DNA of 64,000 nucleotides. Source: Capsulimonadales bacterium. Lineage in GTDB: Bacteria; Armatimonadota; Armatimonadia; Armatimonadales; Armatimonadaceae. The translations under genes and the position numbers were made by a program. The stretch covers positions 1 through 64,000 of the forward strand of contig JANRLW010000075.1 in NCBI GenBank assembly GCA_033762295.1, in the 5' to 3' direction. This document shows, piece by piece, positions 30,858 to 41,018 of this stretch. Under the pieces are notes generated by a model. The model did not search any database. It saw nothing but the letters and a program-made list of their open reading frames with translations, and was not told where the DNA came from. Positions within the stretch are counted from its first letter, which is position 1. Every line of letters starts with the position of its first letter.

Positions 30858-33200
30858 ATGAGCCTCCTGAGAACGGTGAGCCTGCTGTGGCTGATCGGTG
30901 CCGCGATCGCCGGCGCGTCCGCGCAGACACGACCGTTTCCCCTGACCGTCGACAGTATCATGCGCGGACACGATCTGGTCGGCTATGCGCCGCGCGAAGT
31001 CTACTGGTCGCCGGACGGGAAACAGGTCTATTTCCGCTGGAAACGGGCCGGGGAAAACGGGCGAAAACCGTTCGACCGTTACGTGGTCAACGCGGACGGC
31101 AGCGGACTGCGCCGCCTGACCGACGAGGAGGCGAAGAACGCGCCGCCGGAAGGGGGAGAGAGCGCCTCCGATAAACGGCACATCGTTCTCTCCGAAAACG
31201 GCGACCTGTTCCTCTACGAGCGGGAAACCGGGCGGAAGCGACAACTGACCGCCACGGACGAAACCGAAAGCGATCCGCGATTCGCTCCGGACGGCAACAC
31301 GATCCTTTTCGTCCGCAATAACAATGTCTTCTCCCTGTCGCTGACCGAGTCCGCATGGCGGCAGTTGACCGACATTCGAAGCGGCTCCCCGCCACCCACA
31401 CCCGCCGAACCGAAAAATACCAGTCAGGAAGCCTCGAAGCGAGCCGAACGCGATCTGTTCGAGACGATCCGGCAGCAGGCGCAGGAGCGGGAGGAGCGCG
31501 AGGCGAAGCGAAAGAAGGAAGAGAAACGTCGCCCTTTCTATGTCCCGACCGGACAGTCGGTCGTCGGACTGAACGCCTCTCCGAACGGGGCGTACGTGGC
31601 CGTTCTGATCCGGGAGGGTGAAGCCGGGGGGAGGAATACGATCGTTCCCCGCTACATCACCGAGAGCGGCTATACGCAGGACGAAACGAGCTATGCCCGG
31701 GTCGGTGACCTGCAGGGACGTTTGCGGGTGGTCGTGCTGAAATCGGAATCGGGGGAGGCGTTCCCGCTCGAATTTACGGCCCCGCCCATCACGACGGCCG
31801 GGGTGCCCGACGGGCCGCGTCGCCTCTCCTGGTCCGGCTTTCGCTGGTCGCCGGACGGCAAAACCGGGATGGTCCGGGTACGGGCCGAGGACAACAAGGA
31901 CGACTGGTTGCTTCGGGTCGATCCCGAAACCGGAGAAACGGGTCTGCTGGCGCACCGTCACGACGATGCCTGGATCGGAGGGCCGGAGGTCGGTACCTAC
32001 GGTTTCCTGCCCGATGGCAAACGCGCCTTCTATGTTTCGGAGGAGGACGGATACGCCGGCCTCTACGTCGTCCCCATAGCGGGCGGAACGGCGTCGCGCC
32101 TGACCCCGCCCCGGCGGGAGGTACAGGGGATCCGCCTCTCGCCGGACAGGACGCGCTTTTATTTCACGTCGAACGAGGGCAATCCCGCGGATCGGTTCCT
32201 GTACTCGGTGCCGGTCGACGGCGGCGCGCCGACCCGGATCGTCCGTCTCTCGGGAGCCGAGGAGGATACCGCCATCCCCTCGCCCGACGACCGATTTCTG
32301 GCCGTGGTCCGATCGGAAAGCCATCGACCGCCCGAGCTTTTTCTGCTGCCCAATCGTCCGGACCCCTCCGCCATCGGGATACGGGTCACGCAGTCCCCGA
32401 CGACCGAGTGGCTGAGCCACCCGTGGAGCCGTCCGCCGATCGTGACGTTCCGCGCCCGCGACGGACGAATGGTCCCCGCACGACTGTACCGACCGCCGAA
32501 CTGGCGACCGGGCGGACCGGCGGTGCTGTTCGCGCATGGCGCGGGCTACCTGCAGAACGTTCACCACTGGTGGAGCGGCTACTTTCGTGAGTACATGTTT
32601 CACCACCTGCTGATGGCGCGCGGTTTCCTGGTGCTGGATGTCGACTACTGCGGATCGGCGGGATACGGTCGGGACTGGCGAACGGGCATCTATCGGCACA
32701 TGGGTGGAAAGGACCTGAACGATCTGGTCGACGGCGCGAGGTGGATCGTCGCGAAGTATGGCGTCGCGCCCCGGCAAATCGGGGTCTACGGGGGCAGTTA
32801 CGGCGGGTTCCTGACCCTGATGGCGATGTTCACCACCCCGGAGGTCTTTGCGGCCGGGGCCGCGCTTCGTCCGGTCACCGACTGGGCGCACTACAACCAC
32901 CCCTACACCGCGAATATTCTGAATCAACCGCAACACGACCCGGAAGCCTACCGGCGGAGTTCCCCGATCTTCTTCGCCGGAGGATTGCGGGGCGCGCTGC
33001 TGATCTGTCACGGCATGAACGACAGTAACGTCCACTTTCAGGACTCGGTGCGGCTCGTGCAGCGGCTGATCGAGTTGCGCAAGGAGAACTGGGAACTGGC
33101 CGTCTACCCGGTCGAGGACCACCGGTTCACGGAACCGACCGGGTGGGCCGACGAGTACCGCCGCATCCTGAAACTGTTCGAAACGACGCTGAAAAAATAG
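30858..33200 (+). CDS. Secreted S9 family (DPP IV-like) peptidase
   Basis: Signal peptide, WSPDG propeller repeats, GGSYGG nucleophile, HGMNDSNV, VEDH. Confidence 0.92.
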   Translation: MSLLRTVSLLWLIGAAIAGASAQTRPFPLTVDSIMRGHDLVGYAPREVYWSPDGKQVYFRWKRAGENGRKPFDRYVVNADGSGLRRLTDEEAKNAPPEGGESASDKRHIVLSENGDLFLYERETGRKRQLTATDETESDPRFAPDGNTILFVRNNNVFSLSLTESAWRQLTDIRSGSPPPTPAEPKNTSQEASKRAERDLFETIRQQAQEREEREAKRKKEEKRRPFYVPTGQSVVGLNASPNGAYVAVLIREGEAGGRNTIVPRYITESGYTQDETSYARVGDLQGRLRVVVLKSESGEAFPLEFTAPPITTAGVPDGPRRLSWSGFRWSPDGKTGMVRVRAEDNKDDWLLRVDPETGETGLLAHRHDDAWIGGPEVGTYGFLPDGKRAFYVSEEDGYAGLYVVPIAGGTASRLTPPRREVQGIRLSPDRTRFYFTSNEGNPADRFLYSVPVDGGAPTRIVRLSGAEEDTAIPSPDDRFLAVVRSESHRPPELFLLPNRPDPSAIGIRVTQSPTTEWLSHPWSRPPIVTFRARDGRMVPARLYRPPNWRPGGPAVLFAHGAGYLQNVHHWWSGYFREYMFHHLLMARGFLVLDVDYCGSAGYGRDWRTGIYRHMGGKDLNDLVDGARWIVAKYGVAPRQIGVYGGSYGGFLTLMAMFTTPEVFAAGAALRPVTDWAHYNHPYTANILNQPQHDPEAYRRSSPIFFAGGLRGALLICHGMNDSNVHFQDSVRLVQRLIELRKENWELAVYPVEDHRFTEPTGWADEYRRILKLFETTLKK

Positions 33201-33254
33201 GCTCCGGGTGACCGGCTCGCCCCGGCCCGCTTACCCTCGCCTGCTTACTCTCGC

Positions 33255-33596
33255 CTACTTGCCTTCGGCAACGGCGTCGATCTCGAACAGCAGACCGGGG
33301 GGCAGGCAGTTGACGATGGTCGTGCGGGCCGGATAGGGTTCGGAAAAGAACTCGCGGTAGAGGCGGTTGTAGGTCGGCAGGTCGGCGGCGTTCTGCACGT
33401 AGCCGCGCACCATGACGATGTCGGCATGGGTCACGCCCGCCGCCGCCAGCGTCTGCGCAAACTGCTCCATGGTCGCCCGCATCTGGGCTTCCAGGGTATC
33501 GCCGGCGGTGGGGACGCCATGACCGGCGATATAGACGGTGGTGCCGATACGGCGGAACATCGATAACGGCAGGGCCGGTTTCTTCTCGTCACTCAT
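33255..33596 (-). CDS. RidA/YjgF family protein
   Basis: VYIAGH, YNRLYREFF, PYPARTT, LFEIDAVA. Confidence 0.88.
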   Translation of the reverse strand: MSDEKKPALPLSMFRRIGTTVYIAGHGVPTAGDTLEAQMRATMEQFAQTLAAAGVTHADIVMVRGYVQNAADLPTYNRLYREFFSEPYPARTTIVNCLPPGLLFEIDAVAEGK

Positions 33597-33629
33597 GAGG
33601 GTATCCGTTCGCTTCCTTTTATCGTAAAA

Positions 33630-34436
33630 TCAGGGCTGGCTTTCCAGGGTTTCCGGCCCGAGGGTGTCGGGCCAGGTGGCGAAATCGCGCACGAAGGCGA
33701 CGACTTCGCGGGTCGCTATCCGCAGCAGAGCCTCGCCTTTTTCCGGGTCCGCCCGCTCGGGATAGCCCAGCGCGCCGGTCGGCGACGACTGCTCCAGCGC
33801 GCGCCCGATAAAGACGCGGCTCGGTTTGCGGAAGTCGGCGGACCAGTACGGCGATTCGAACGTTCGCCGCGTCGATGGTCGGTCCGGCCCGACCAGGTCG
33901 GGTGACGTCACCTGCAGGACGCTCGTCTCCCATTCGCAGGCGTGGCTGATCTGCGTTTGCTGCAGGGACGGTGTCAGCGCCGCCAGTTCGTCTTTCGGCA
34001 GCAGATCGAACCAGCTGACAAAGGCCAGATAGAGGTTCGGAAGCTCCTGACGATACTCGATGTTCTTTTCGTTGATCGCCATCTGCGCCGGAACGATATT
34101 CCCGGCATGGGAGTTCAGCAGGAAGATACGCCGGAACCCGGAACCGATCAGGCTGTCGATCAGCTCTTTCAGCACGTTCGTATAGGTCTGCGAGGACAGA
34201 CTGATCGTACCGGGGAACGACCGATGATGGTCGCTCGCGCCCAGCCAGAGCATCGGCAGGAAGACGGCTTCCTCCCCGAGAGCCTCCTCCGCGCGCAGGG
34301 CCACCTCGCCACCGATCAGGCTGTCGGTGAGAAGCGGCAGATGGTGTCCGTGCTGTTCGAACGACCCGATCGGCGCGACGACGACTTTTCCGGTCAGGTC
34401 AGGCACCTGACGCCAGTTACTTTCGCCCAGTTGCAT
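33630..34436 (-). CDS. Creatininase family amidohydrolase
   Basis: PIGSFEQHGHHLPLLTD, SDHH.SFPGT, NSHAGN, HACEWETS. Confidence 0.9.
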   Translation of the reverse strand: MQLGESNWRQVPDLTGKVVVAPIGSFEQHGHHLPLLTDSLIGGEVALRAEEALGEEAVFLPMLWLGASDHHRSFPGTISLSSQTYTNVLKELIDSLIGSGFRRIFLLNSHAGNIVPAQMAINEKNIEYRQELPNLYLAFVSWFDLLPKDELAALTPSLQQTQISHACEWETSVLQVTSPDLVGPDRPSTRRTFESPYWSADFRKPSRVFIGRALEQSSPTGALGYPERADPEKGEALLRIATREVVAFVRDFATWPDTLGPETLESQP

Positions 34437-34442
34437 GCGAAT

Positions 34443-35789
34443 CTATCCTTCCGAAACCGGCCCGCGTTCGGCGCGGGCATAGAGGGACGCCCATTCGTCG
34501 GTCCCGTCGTCCTTGCGAACGATCAGTGTGACGCCCCGTTCCTGCACGGGATGGTTTCCGGCCAGAAAATCCTCCCAGAGCTGACGGCCCGCTTCGGCAT
34601 GGCTGCCCGCGCCGTAGGCAAGATGACTGTACGGCGCGGTGCCGGCCGGTTTGGGCGTGTTGGCATGGGCGTAATGCACCTGTTTGCCATCGGCCCAGCG
34701 AACGGTCAGAAGATGCCGGGGCTCCGGCAGACGGTAGCCACCGGTGGAATCGGGATCGACACGGTACTTTTCCAGAGCCTCCTCATCGACCGTGACGCCC
34801 AGACCGGGAGCCTCCGGAACCCGGACCGCGCCGTGTCGGATGGTGAGCGGCTCGACCAGCAGATCGTCGGCGTAGTTGTTCATGCAGGTAATGGCGGGCC
34901 AGCGGGCCTGGATCAGGACCGCGCCCAGATGCGCCACCATGGCCGTGGTGAGACCGAGGCCGACCTGTTGCAGGAAGAACGGTTTCTCGAACGTCGCGCA
35001 GAGCATCCCCTGGCGAATCACCTCCTGCACCCCTCCGAAGACGACGAAACCGTCGCACATCCGGTTTTGGAGGGCGGTCGGGAACGGCGGCAGACCGAAA
35101 TGAGTGACGAGCGGTTTGGCGACCTTGCGGCGCAGTTCCGCGTAGCCCTCGATATCCCTCTGCGGGATCGGCCCCTCGTAGAGGGCGACCTTCTCAAAGG
35201 TATCGAGTTCCTGCAACACCGGGGCGGCGTTGCCCGCCGAGAGCAGCATATCGTTCCAGTCGATATCGATCTTGTAGCTGGGGCCGGTCGCTGCGGAGAC
35301 ATGACGAACCTGTTCGTAGACATCGAACCAGGGACGAGCCTTGATCTTGTGGGCGCGATACCCCTGCGCATAGGCGTCCGCCGCCTCTTCGGCCAGAACC
35401 TCCGGCGGCATATCGATGTTCCACCAGCCGAGGGGGCACCATTCCCGCACCTTCGGCAGGGGGAGCAGCCGGTAGACAGGCAGTTCCAGCGCCTTGCCGA
35501 CGACATCGTAGAGCGCCATCTGCAGATCGAGTCCGATACCGTCCTCGTTGAGCCATCCGGCGGGATTCTCACCGATCAGACGGGCCATGGCCTCGGGCCG
35601 CGCGTTGCCCGAGGTGTAGTGATACATCGATTCGCCGTAGCCGACGACCTCCGGGTCCTCGGTGCGGACCCGGACGATCTCGGGAATGTGCCACTGATGC
35701 ACCAGAGGAGCGTTCCACTCCTCGCAGCGCGGAGTGAAGGGAACGTTCAGCAAAAGACGGTCGATCGCCGTGATACGCGGCATTCTCAT
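34443..35789 (-). CDS. Mandelate racemase/muconate lactonizing (enolase superfamily) enzyme
   Basis: VGYGES, ALYDVVGKALELPVY, GYRAHKIKAR, IDIDWN, YEGP, PEAPGLGV. Confidence 0.85.
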   Translation of the reverse strand: MRMPRITAIDRLLLNVPFTPRCEEWNAPLVHQWHIPEIVRVRTEDPEVVGYGESMYHYTSGNARPEAMARLIGENPAGWLNEDGIGLDLQMALYDVVGKALELPVYRLLPLPKVREWCPLGWWNIDMPPEVLAEEAADAYAQGYRAHKIKARPWFDVYEQVRHVSAATGPSYKIDIDWNDMLLSAGNAAPVLQELDTFEKVALYEGPIPQRDIEGYAELRRKVAKPLVTHFGLPPFPTALQNRMCDGFVVFGGVQEVIRQGMLCATFEKPFFLQQVGLGLTTAMVAHLGAVLIQARWPAITCMNNYADDLLVEPLTIRHGAVRVPEAPGLGVTVDEEALEKYRVDPDSTGGYRLPEPRHLLTVRWADGKQVHYAHANTPKPAGTAPYSHLAYGAGSHAEAGRQLWEDFLAGNHPVQERGVTLIVRKDDGTDEWASLYARAERGPVSEG

Positions 35790-35973
35790 AGCCTGATTCT
35801 ACCCGTTTTTGCCGCGAAGCAAGACAGCGGGATGGGACGCCGGAAAAATCCCGAATCCGCGCTTCCTCACGCATCGGAATCGGCGGGAAGGCTTCGTTCG
35901 ACGAACTTTTGCCGCGCTCGGAATGTAGTTCCGATGGCTTTCGAAACGAACGAAAACCGGAAGGAACTGTGGA

Positions 35974-36882
35974 ATGAAAGAGAAACGGGCCGATTCCGGG
36001 AGTGTCGCCGCTGATTCCGTGCAACCGGAAACGATCCGGGCGCGTTCGGAAGGGTGGCCCGATGTTCGGCTGCTGATCCGGTCACGCGGACCGGGCGTGA
36101 TATGCCTGCCGCACGGGCATCGTGAACATCTGCTTTTCTGTAAATCCGGAACGCCGGACGGAGACCGCCCGGTCCGGTCCGTCGTCCGAACGGGCGGTCA
36201 GGTGCGCCAGTGGGACGAACTCCCCGACCGGAGCGTGACCTTCCTTCCGGCCGGTTATCCGTTCGAGTGGGAATGGACCTACATCTCACATTCGATCCAC
36301 CTGATTTTGCCGGTCGACGTGATGGCGCGGGCGACGTCCGAGATCGTCGGCGGTGCGGCCTGCGCCGGCGAACTCACTCCGCTGTTCTGCGTCGCCGACC
36401 CCGTCATGGCGTCCCTTCTGGGGCGGTTGGGGGAGGAGTTGCGCGGGAATGGGTACGGGACGTGCATGGCGGTCGCGGCGGTCACCCAGTTGCTGATCGT
36501 GCATCTGTTGCGGGCCGGCGGCGAACGCCCCGTACGCCCGGAAGCGGAACCGTCCGGCCTCTCTCCGAAGCAGCAACGATGCGTTCTGGCGATCCTCGGA
36601 GACCACCCTACCGAAAATCTCCGACTGCAGGAACTGGCGGAAGCGGTCGGATTGTCGCAGTTTCATTTCGCGCGCCGGTTCAAGCAATCGTTCGGCGTCC
36701 CGCCGCATGAATATCAGATCCGCCAACGCATCGAAAAGGCGCGGACGCTGTTACGGGAAGTCGATGAGGAACCGATCGCGAACATCGCCGCTCTGCTGGG
36801 GTTCAACGATGAAAGCCATTTTCGTCGGCACTTCAAACGGGTCGTCGGGGTCACGCCCTGCCAGTATCGGCGTCATCCGTGA
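35974..36882 (+). CDS. AraC family transcriptional regulator
   Basis: LQELAEAVGLSQFHFARRFK...RIEKARTLL...IAALLGFNDESHFRRHFKRVVGVTP. Confidence 0.93.
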   Translation: MKEKRADSGSVAADSVQPETIRARSEGWPDVRLLIRSRGPGVICLPHGHREHLLFCKSGTPDGDRPVRSVVRTGGQVRQWDELPDRSVTFLPAGYPFEWEWTYISHSIHLILPVDVMARATSEIVGGAACAGELTPLFCVADPVMASLLGRLGEELRGNGYGTCMAVAAVTQLLIVHLLRAGGERPVRPEAEPSGLSPKQQRCVLAILGDHPTENLRLQELAEAVGLSQFHFARRFKQSFGVPPHEYQIRQRIEKARTLLREVDEEPIANIAALLGFNDESHFRRHFKRVVGVTPCQYRRHP

Positions 36883-37005
36883 AAACCGGAGCAAGTCCAT
36901 ACCGTCAAACAGCAAAAGCGTTCTTTTCCGACCGCGCGATGGGCGCGTATAACCTAACCGATACCGGGCGCGATGCGCCCTTCAAAACCTCGAAAGGGTA
37001 ACAAA

Positions 37006-38166
37006 ATGAACCTGTCCATCGATCGACGCGGTTTCCTGCGTTCGACCATTCATCTGGTAGCTATTGGTAGTATCGCTGTCTTCACCGCCGGAAACGCTCC
37101 GGCCCATGCCGACGACGGCGCGGTGTTCACGTCCACGAACAGCGCGGGCAGCAATGGCGTCGTCATGTTCCGCCGTGCCAATAACGGCGCGCTGACACCG
37201 GTCGGCACCTATTTCACCGGCGGGATGGGAACCGGCGCCGGACTGGGCAACCAGGGAGCGGTCGCCCTGTCGAAGAACAACCGGTGGCTCTTCGTGGTGA
37301 ACGCCGGCAGCAACGATATCTCCGTCTTTTCGGTACGTTCGAACGGTCTGCGCCTGGTCCATCGAACACCGTCCGGCGGCGTTCGCCCGGTCAGCCTGAC
37401 GCTCCATGATAACCTGCTGTACGTCCTGAACGCCGGGGACCGGACCGATAGCACCGGTATGCTGCCGGGCAACATCGCCGGATTCGTCGTCCGGGATAAC
37501 GGGGGCCTGTCCCCGATCCCCGGATCGGTGCAGGCGGTGAGCGCGGTCAATGCCGGGGCGGCCCAGGTTCAGTTCGATCCGTACGGGGAACTGCTCGTGG
37601 TCACCGAACGCCTGACGAACAATATCGACGTTTTCCCGGTGAATATTCTGGGCGTTGCCGGTCCGGCGGTCGTCGGTCATTCCTCCGGAGCGGTTCCCTT
37701 CGGCTTCGATTTCGATACCGAGGGACGGCTGTTCGTGACCGAGGCGGCCGGAAACCCGAGCAATGCCTCCGCGGCGGGAGCGGTCTCCTCCTATTTCGTG
37801 TCCTCCTTCGGGATTCTGCCGATTTCCGCATCGATTCCGACGAATCAGGCGGCGGCCTGCTGGCTGGTGACCCGCAAGACGCCGGGAAAAACGGGCCTGC
37901 TTTTTACGGGGAATGCGGGCGCGGCGCGTTCGATCTCCGCCTTTGACATCGCGGGCAACGGCAAAGTGGCGAACCTGGGCATCGTCTCCGGGAACCAGCA
38001 GGGTTCGCTCGACCTGGCGATCGGCGGAAACGGTCGGTTCCTGTTCTCGCTGGAGAACTCGGTGGGCGGCGTCCGCTCCTTCCGAATCAACAACGACGGC
38101 ACGCTGAACCTGATCGGCTCGTTCGGCGCCCTGGGTACGGGCTTTACCGGCCTCGCCGCCTACTGA
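37006..38166 (+). CDS. Secreted lactonase-family 7-bladed beta-propeller protein
   Basis: Tat-like IDRRGFL and AHA cleavage site; LFVVNAGSNDISVF, GGVRPVSL, LLYVLNAG, NQAAACW. Confidence 0.8.
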   Translation: MNLSIDRRGFLRSTIHLVAIGSIAVFTAGNAPAHADDGAVFTSTNSAGSNGVVMFRRANNGALTPVGTYFTGGMGTGAGLGNQGAVALSKNNRWLFVVNAGSNDISVFSVRSNGLRLVHRTPSGGVRPVSLTLHDNLLYVLNAGDRTDSTGMLPGNIAGFVVRDNGGLSPIPGSVQAVSAVNAGAAQVQFDPYGELLVVTERLTNNIDVFPVNILGVAGPAVVGHSSGAVPFGFDFDTEGRLFVTEAAGNPSNASAAGAVSSYFVSSFGILPISASIPTNQAAACWLVTRKTPGKTGLLFTGNAGAARSISAFDIAGNGKVANLGIVSGNQQGSLDLAIGGNGRFLFSLENSVGGVRSFRINNDGTLNLIGSFGALGTGFTGLAAY

Positions 38167-38180
38167 TCGCATCACCGGGC

Positions 38181-38218
38181 GACGTCGTCGGGCTACGGCA
38201 CGACGACGTCCTTTCTTT
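38181..38218 (+). terminator. Intrinsic terminator
   Basis: GACGTCGTCG...CGACGACGTC followed by CTTTCTTT, between convergent genes. Confidence 0.7.
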
Positions 38219-38235
38219 GATGTCCGTTCCCGATG

Positions 38236-39162
38236 TCAGTCCTCGCCGTCGATCAGGACCTTACCGGTTCCCCCACCGACCTTGCCCTTGCCGGGAGCGA
38301 CGGCCGCCGGTTTGTTGTCCGACGCTTTGCGATAGATCCGTACATAGTCGATCCGCATCTCCTGCGGGAAGATCGTGGTCTCGTCCGGGCTGCCGGGGAA
38401 GTTGCCGCCGACCGCGACGTTCGTGACGAGGAAGAAGGGGCGATTGAACGCCCAGGGTTTGCCCGGAATATCCGCCGGGGTACGCGTCCGGTACTTTTTG
38501 CCATCCACGTAAAACTCGACGCGATCCTTTTCCCAGAGAATGGCGAAGAGGTGGTAGCCGTCCTTGAAGAAGACGCCCTCGGGCATATCGATATACTCAT
38601 GCAGCGAATCGGCCCCGCTGTAGCCGGGACCGTGCAGACTTCCCTCGTTCCTGCCCCACCATTCGCGCTTACCGATATTTTCCATGATGTCGATCTCGCC
38701 GCATTTGGGCCAGCCGACCTCCGGGTTGAAGATATCCGATCCGAGCATCCAGAAGGCGGACCAGATGCCCTGCCCGTAGGGAAGACGGATACGCGCCTCG
38801 ATATAACCGTACTGGATGCTGACCTTTCCGGCGGTTTGCAGACGGGCGGAGGTGTACTTCCCCGGCCCTTCCGAGGTAACCTTGATCTGTAGCGCCTTCC
38901 GGTCGACCGCCGCCGGATCGGCGACGATCCGGGCGTGTTCGCCATCCTTGACATAGTTCTGAAGTTCGTTGTTTCCCCATCCGCTCGCGCCCGTCTCATG
39001 GTTCCAGAAGCGGGGGTTCGGCGGAGAACCGATCGTGCCGGAAAACTCATCCCGCCAGAACAGACGGTATCCGGGCGGAACGCGCGGGGGCGCTTTCACC
39101 GTGCCGTTCTCCTGTGAAACTATCAGGACCAGAGGCGAAACGCCGGTCAGTATGCTCAGCAT
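38236..39162 (-). CDS. Glycoside hydrolase family 16 (laminarinase-like)
   Basis: WRDEF, GWGNNELQNY, YTSARL, WSAFWMLG, catalytic GEIDIME, NVAVGG.FPG, MRIDYVR. Confidence 0.92.
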   Translation of the reverse strand: MLSILTGVSPLVLIVSQENGTVKAPPRVPPGYRLFWRDEFSGTIGSPPNPRFWNHETGASGWGNNELQNYVKDGEHARIVADPAAVDRKALQIKVTSEGPGKYTSARLQTAGKVSIQYGYIEARIRLPYGQGIWSAFWMLGSDIFNPEVGWPKCGEIDIMENIGKREWWGRNEGSLHGPGYSGADSLHEYIDMPEGVFFKDGYHLFAILWEKDRVEFYVDGKKYRTRTPADIPGKPWAFNRPFFLVTNVAVGGNFPGSPDETTIFPQEMRIDYVRIYRKASDNKPAAVAPGKGKVGGGTGKVLIDGED

Positions 39163-39233
39163 CCGTTTCCGTTTCCTTTCATGCGTTGCCTTTACATTGT
39201 CGGAACGTCGTCGGCCGTTTCGGAGGTCGGGCG

Positions 39234-40097
39234 TCAGAACAGCGCCAACTGCACGGCCCGGGAACGGGCGCGGTAGACCAGGGAGGGGACATCCCGCAGA
39301 GCCACCTCCACCGAAGCCGGGCTGTCACGATGCCCCGCCTCACGATACCGCGTCTTCCAGTAGTTCATCGCCATTTTCGGCGTGTTGTTCACTTCGGAAA
39401 GATGCAGGAGCCAGACGCAGGACGGTCCGCTGCGCTCGGTATGCGCGAGAATCAGGTCGCAGGCGGCATTGTTCGACAGATGCCCGTTCCGGCCCAGAAT
39501 CCGGGCTTTAAGCGCGTCCGGATAGGGGCCGAAACGCAGTTTATGGATATCGTGGTTGCTTTCGATGGCCAGCAACGAGACACCGTCACAGGCCGCGCCG
39601 AACTCCGGGGTCACCGTTCCGGTATCGGTGGCGTAGGCCAGGGCGTTGGTGCCGCACTCGACGCGAAATCCGGTCGGATCGGCGGCGTCGTGCGTGATCG
39701 GTGCGGCGTAGATCCCGAACGGACCGAGCCCGATCTGCTCCTTCGCTTCGAGCACGCGATGCGGTGCGTCCCGGCGGTCGTGTGCGAACAGCATGCGGAG
39801 CGTCCCGGAGGTGGCGATGAGCGGGACATCATATTGCCGGGCGAACGGAATCGCTCCCTGGACGTGGTCGTTGTGCTCATGGGTGAGGAGGATACCGGAC
39901 AGCGCCGCGGGCGCGACCTTCCGGGCTTCCAGTTCACGCTTCAGGGTCCGAACCCCCAGACCGGCGTCGATCAGCAGGGCGGCCCCCCCGGCGACGAGCA
40001 GAATGGCGTTCCCCGTGGAACCGGATGCCAGGCAGTAGACCGAGAACTCATCCGCCGGGAGCGGCGGTCGCGGGGTAGCTGCCTTTCTTTTGCCCAT
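39234..40097 (-). CDS. MBL-fold metallo-hydrolase (YycJ/WalJ-like)
   Basis: LASGSTGN, LIDAG, THEHNDH, HDAADP, ATDTG, ESNHD, GHLSN, HLSE.NN. Confidence 0.9.
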   Translation of the reverse strand: MGKRKAATPRPPLPADEFSVYCLASGSTGNAILLVAGGAALLIDAGLGVRTLKRELEARKVAPAALSGILLTHEHNDHVQGAIPFARQYDVPLIATSGTLRMLFAHDRRDAPHRVLEAKEQIGLGPFGIYAAPITHDAADPTGFRVECGTNALAYATDTGTVTPEFGAACDGVSLLAIESNHDIHKLRFGPYPDALKARILGRNGHLSNNAACDLILAHTERSGPSCVWLLHLSEVNNTPKMAMNYWKTRYREAGHRDSPASVEVALRDVPSLVYRARSRAVQLALF

Positions 40098-40285
40098 GCG
40101 GTCAGTATAGCCGTTTCGACATCGGCCGTCAAACGATGTGTTTGCCCCGACCGTTCGAAACGTCGAGAAAAAGATTCGCCTGACCGGCGGCGGAACGGGA
40201 ACTTTGGCAAAGCGACGGTGTGTTAAGAAATGAATACTGAATTATCTGCAGTGCGGAAAGAAACGCACTGCAAAGGAGCATTGGA

Positions 40286-40945
40286 ATGCGAAACTCCGCT
40301 TTTGCCGCTCGTGTCGTGCTGGCCGTCGGCCTCCTGGCCACCCTGGGAAACGTGGGCGTTCCGGTCCGCGCCGAAGGCGGTCAGTCCGCCGCGCAACCGG
40401 CGAAAAACGTCAAGCCGGCTGATCTGACCGGTACCTGGGCGGTGGACAAGGCTCATACCGACATCAGTTTCTCGGTGATGCACCTGGGTGTCAGCAAAAC
40501 CCGCGGTCGGTTTACGGATTTCGACGGAACCTTGACCGTCGATGGAGTTCGCCCGGAGAAATCCTCGGTCGTCTTTACGATCAAGGTCGACAGCATCGAT
40601 ACGGGGAACAAGGACCGGGACAACCACCTGCGGGGCAAGGAGTTTTTCGACGTGGCCACCTACCCGGAAATCACGTTCAAGAGCACTCGCGTACAAAAGA
40701 AGGGCCGGGAGTATGCGGTCACGGGGGACCTGAGCCTGCATGGCGTGACCCGCCCGGTCACCCTCACCTTCGTCCCGAGCAATCCGCAGGTATCGTTCGA
40801 CAAGAAACTGCACGCGGGACTCGAAACGCGGACCCGGATCAACCGGATGGACTACGGCCTGAAATGGAACGCGCTGATCGAGGGAACGCAGGTGGTCGGG
40901 GCCGACATCGATATCGACATCAACTTTGAGGCCATCAAGCAGTAG
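40286..40945 (+). CDS. YceI family secreted lipid/polyisoprenoid-binding protein
   Basis: Signal peptide; DKAHT.ISFSVMH, SIDTGN.DRD.HL, FFDVATYPEITF, GDLSLHGVT. Confidence 0.92.
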   Translation: MRNSAFAARVVLAVGLLATLGNVGVPVRAEGGQSAAQPAKNVKPADLTGTWAVDKAHTDISFSVMHLGVSKTRGRFTDFDGTLTVDGVRPEKSSVVFTIKVDSIDTGNKDRDNHLRGKEFFDVATYPEITFKSTRVQKKGREYAVTGDLSLHGVTRPVTLTFVPSNPQVSFDKKLHAGLETRTRINRMDYGLKWNALIEGTQVVGADIDIDINFEAIKQ

Positions 40946-40970
40946 TCAGAACCGGTAGTCAGAACCGCAC

Positions 40971-41005
40971 GGACCGGACGGGTTCAGGCAGAACCCGTCC
41001 GGTCC
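40971..41005. terminator. Hairpin between convergent YceI and pseudopilin genes
   Basis: GGACCGGACGGGTTC-aggca-GAACCCGTCCGGTCC, a perfect 15-bp stem. Confidence 0.65.
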
Positions 41006-41018
41006 TGAAGCCGTTGTC

